Source: Deltaproteobacteria bacterium | Lineage (GTDB): Bacteria; Desulfobacterota; Binatia; Binatales; Binataceae | Length of the DNA: 64,000 nucleotides | NCBI GenBank assembly: GCA_021799495.1 | Contig: JAJZAI010000014.1 | Location: 8 to 64,007, forward strand | Direction of reading: 5' to 3' | Part shown: positions 61,497 through 64,000 of the stretch, piece by piece | Position numbering within the stretch: the first letter of the stretch is position 1 | Layout: each line of letters begins with the position of its first letter | Program-made: the position numbers and the translations under genes | The notes under the pieces: model-generated | Told to the model about the DNA's origin: nothing | The model's database searches: none | The model's input: only the letters and a program-made list of their open reading frames with translations

Positions 61497-64000
61497 GTGA
61501 CGGCAGCCGTGGTAATCGGCGACGGCGCCGGAAATCTGGGATTGGCGATACCCTTTTGGATCTGCGTGGCGCTCGCGCTCGGCGCGGCCGCGCTGATGAC
61601 GGCGCGGCGGGCGCCGGCCGGATTGATCGTCGCGTACGCCGCGCTGGCAGGCGCCGCGACGATTCCGGTCGCGCTCCTGCTCAATCCGGTAAGCGGTTCG
61701 CTGAGCCTCGATCGTTTCGCCGACGGATCGTCCCTTACGATCGTCGGGCGGATCGCACGGGCGCCGGAGCGCGAACCCGGCAGCCGGACCTATCTATTTG
61801 TCCAGGTCTCGCGCGCCGGACTGAATCCCAGTCGCCTCGAACCGTGTCAAGGTCAGGTTCGGGTGACCGCGCTTGGCGGCGCGGATCGATTCCGGATGGG
61901 CCAGACGATCGAAACGACCGGCGGAATCAGGTTTCCGCGCAACGAGGGAAATCCGGGGCAGTTCGATTATCGCGACTGGCTGCTGCGGCAGGGTCTTGCG
62001 GCGACGATGTTCGTGCGGCCCGACAAGTCGAACGGGCTATCGCCGATTCGAATCATGGCGTATCAGCCTCCATTTTTCGGCCGCGAGATCGAGCGGGCGC
62101 GGCGCCGGATCGGCGGGCTGATCGACGCCAATCTGAGCTACCCCGCCAACGCCGAGATGCGCGCGCTGATAATCGGCGATCGCGGCGGCATCGACGAGGC
62201 GCTGCGCCGGCGTTTCGCTTTCACCGGCATGGCGCATCTGCTGGTGATTTCCGGCCTGCACATGGGAATCGTGGCGGGCGCGGCGTTCCTGCTGGTGCGG
62301 CTGGGTATGGGTTTTTTCCCCGCGCTGATGGCGTATGGATACGCCAACAAGGCGGCCGCGATCGCGGGCGCGATCGCGGCGTGCGGCTACGCGGCGATCG
62401 CGGGGCATCACGTGTCCACGCTTCGCGCCGTGGTGATGGTGACGGCGTACGCGCTGGCGATCGCGCTCGACCGTCCGCGCGAAGTGATGGCGAGCCTGGC
62501 GCTGGCGGCGCTCGCGATTTGTGTCGCGATGCCCGGCTCGACGGCGGATATCGGCTTTCAGCTTTCGTTCGTTGCGGTCGCCGCGATCGTGCTCGGGATG
62601 CGCCGGTTCGCGGCGTGGTGGCGGATGCGTTTCGCGGCCGGGGAGGGCGGAGCGGGGTTGAACGCCGCCGAATCCGTGGCGGGCTATGTTGCGGTTTCCT
62701 TCTGGGCGCTGCTCGGCACGGCGCCGCTCACGGCCTATTACTTCAACCAGCTTTCGCTGGTCGGCGTGATCGCGAACGCGGTCGTCGTGCCGATAATGGG
62801 TTTCGGCGCGGTGGTGACGGGACTGGCCGCCGCGCTGCTGCTTTCGATCAATGCGGCCGCGGCTGGTTTTGCGATGCGTCTGGCGGGAGAGCTGGCTAAC
62901 TTCGGAACGTCGCTCGCCGGATGGTTCTACAGATGGCCGCTGGGATGGAGCCGGATATTCACACCGACCGTGGTTGAAATCGTGATCGCGTATGCGCTGC
63001 TCGCCTTGTGGCTGACGGCGCCGCGGGCCGACGCGGCGCTCCCGATTCCGGCTGAAAGCGACGCAACCGCCGCGAACTCGGAAACGCATCTGAGATGGCG
63101 CCGGCGCGCGTCGGCGGCGGTTTTGATCGCGCTCGTAATCGACGCTGGATGGTGGACCTGGCGGCGCTGTTTCAACGATGTCCTTCGCATCACCTTTCTT
63201 TCGGTGGGCGAAGGCGACGCTGCGGTGATTCGTTTTCCGGGCGCGCGCGTGATGGTGATCGACGGCGGCGGAGGCTACCGCGACGCGTTCGATCCGGGAG
63301 AGCGGATCGTCGCGCCGTACCTGTGGGCGCAAAAGATCATGCGCGTCGATTACGTGGCGTTGAGCCATCCCGACCACGATCATTTCGGCGGCCTGACCTT
63401 TGTCGCGGAGAATTTTCGTCCGCGTGAGTTCTGGACCAGCGGCGTCGGCAGCGACGATGCGAGTTACGGACGCCTGCTGGCCGCGATGCGCGCCGTGGGA
63501 GCCCGCGAACTGGTATGCGGATCGGACGCGCCCGCGCGCACGATCGGCGGAGCGGCGGTGCGATGTCTTTGGCCGGCGCCGGGAGTGGTCGAGCGCAAGG
63601 ACAACAATTCGTCGATGGTGGTGCGAATTTCGTACGACGGCTCGGCGGTTCTGTTTACCGGCGATTTGGAGGCGAAGGGCGAGCGCGAGCTGATCGCGCG
63701 CGGAGCGCATTTGCGGGCCGACGTGCTCAAGGTTCCGCATCACGGCAGCGCGACCTCGTCGAGCCCGGAGTTGATCGCGGCGGTGCGTCCGAAGCTGGCG
63801 ATTATCTCGGACGGCTACCTGAACCGTTTCGGATTTCCCGCGCCCGCGGTGATTGCGCGGTATCGCACGGCGCGGGCGATCGTTTTGCGAACCGATATGG
63901 ACGGCGCCGTTCGCGTCGTAATCGGCGCATCCGGAATAACCGCGAATGCGTGGTTGGACGGCGGCGCGCCGCTTGTGGTTGACGTTCCGGCAAGGCCTGT
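61497..64000 (+). CDS. comEC: DNA internalization-related competence protein ComEC/Rec2 (with metallo-beta-lactamase domain); 3' end outside window
   Basis: The frame from GTG 61497 (VTAAVVIGDG...) showed no stop in the stretches I translated up to nt 64000, and so is absent from the closed-ORF track. It has the competence-domain motif FTGMAHLLVISGLHMGIVAG (62220-) and MBL motifs LSHPDHDHFGGL (63360-) and VLKVPHHGSATSS. The start codon is uncertain. Confidence 0.88.
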   Translation, partial: MTAAVVIGDGAGNLGLAIPFWICVALALGAAALMTARRAPAGLIVAYAALAGAATIPVALLLNPVSGSLSLDRFADGSSLTIVGRIARAPEREPGSRTYLFVQVSRAGLNPSRLEPCQGQVRVTALGGADRFRMGQTIETTGGIRFPRNEGNPGQFDYRDWLLRQGLAATMFVRPDKSNGLSPIRIMAYQPPFFGREIERARRRIGGLIDANLSYPANAEMRALIIGDRGGIDEALRRRFAFTGMAHLLVISGLHMGIVAGAAFLLVRLGMGFFPALMAYGYANKAAAIAGAIAACGYAAIAGHHVSTLRAVVMVTAYALAIALDRPREVMASLALAALAICVAMPGSTADIGFQLSFVAVAAIVLGMRRFAAWWRMRFAAGEGGAGLNAAESVAGYVAVSFWALLGTAPLTAYYFNQLSLVGVIANAVVVPIMGFGAVVTGLAAALLLSINAAAAGFAMRLAGELANFGTSLAGWFYRWPLGWSRIFTPTVVEIVIAYALLALWLTAPRADAALPIPAESDATAANSETHLRWRRRASAAVLIALVIDAGWWTWRRCFNDVLRITFLSVGEGDAAVIRFPGARVMVIDGGGGYRDAFDPGERIVAPYLWAQKIMRVDYVALSHPDHDHFGGLTFVAENFRPREFWTSGVGSDDASYGRLLAAMRAVGARELVCGSDAPARTIGGAAVRCLWPAPGVVERKDNNSSMVVRISYDGSAVLFTGDLEAKGERELIARGAHLRADVLKVPHHGSATSSSPELIAAVRPKLAIISDGYLNRFGFPAPAVIARYRTARAIVLRTDMDGAVRVVIGASGITANAWLDGGAPLVVDVPARP

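Noticed and set aside
1-64000. Scan for tRNA/rRNA genes, CRISPR arrays, tandem repeats, transposase/integrase genes, reverse transcriptases and toxin-antitoxin pairs.
   Set aside because: By eye, none were found. No T-loop/anticodon-arm-like cloverleaf candidates appear in intergenic regions. There are no regularly spaced direct repeats. No ORF carries DDE, tyrosine/serine recombinase or RT (YxDD) motifs. A computational scan (tRNAscan-SE, Infernal/Rfam, MinCED, ISEScan) would be needed for certainty.

Overview
This is a high-GC, gene-dense bacterial chromosomal segment. Hand-counted lines in core genes are about 70% G+C. I recognised no rRNA, tRNA, CRISPR array, transposase, integrase or phage structural gene.

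Gene content, left to right:
- RND efflux pair: an AcrB-like permease running off the left edge, plus its membrane fusion protein.
- A dienelactone-hydrolase/NTF2 fusion.
- A degenerate sigma-54-activator-like regulator behind a sigma-54-type promoter.
- An oxidoreductase trio: LLM/F420-type, Zn-ADH and quinone oxidoreductase.
- A membrane-anchored patatin.
- queA-tgt-yajC-secD. secF is absent; in its place are an extremely AT-rich patch and an excisionase-type HTH gene.
- A PmtA-like methyltransferase, a secreted cupredoxin-like protein, a VOC protein and a Gly/His/aromatic-rich lipoprotein.
- plsC, then an FTR1 iron permease with a Fur-box-like site.
- hbd, a RAM-domain protein and greA.
- A sigma-54-promoter-driven small ORF + PAS histidine kinase + REC protein, facing an NtrC-type activator.
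- PolX.
- A five-gene minus-strand operon: acyl-CoA synthetase, three tandem family-III CoA-transferases and a long amidohydrolase_2.
- GATase1, ferredoxin and ogt.
- A ~118-nt deletion scar of an acyl-CoA dehydrogenase.
- The block icd ... mdh-sucC-sucD-ndk ... rlmN, then mtnP, a PfkB kinase, GT2-ugd-epimerase, lepA-lepB, a coiled-coil ORF, an SDR, uvrC and comEC (runs off the right edge).

The conserved housekeeping block is interrupted twice by lower-GC DNA:
- 41.75-43.6 kb: a membrane protein gene appears split by a TPR-protein cassette.
- 47.4-48.5 kb: a single orphan ORF with a RecB/Cas4-like PD-(D/E)xK motif series is wedged between ndk and rlmN.

Two intergenic sites flanking ferredoxin-ogt-icd carry five copies of a GC-rich REP-like hairpin family.

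Most of the window is ordinary. I do not see a multi-gene system that I can confidently call novel. The best candidates are flagged with calibrated interest. All homology statements come from reading the translations and from memory of family motifs; no searches were run.
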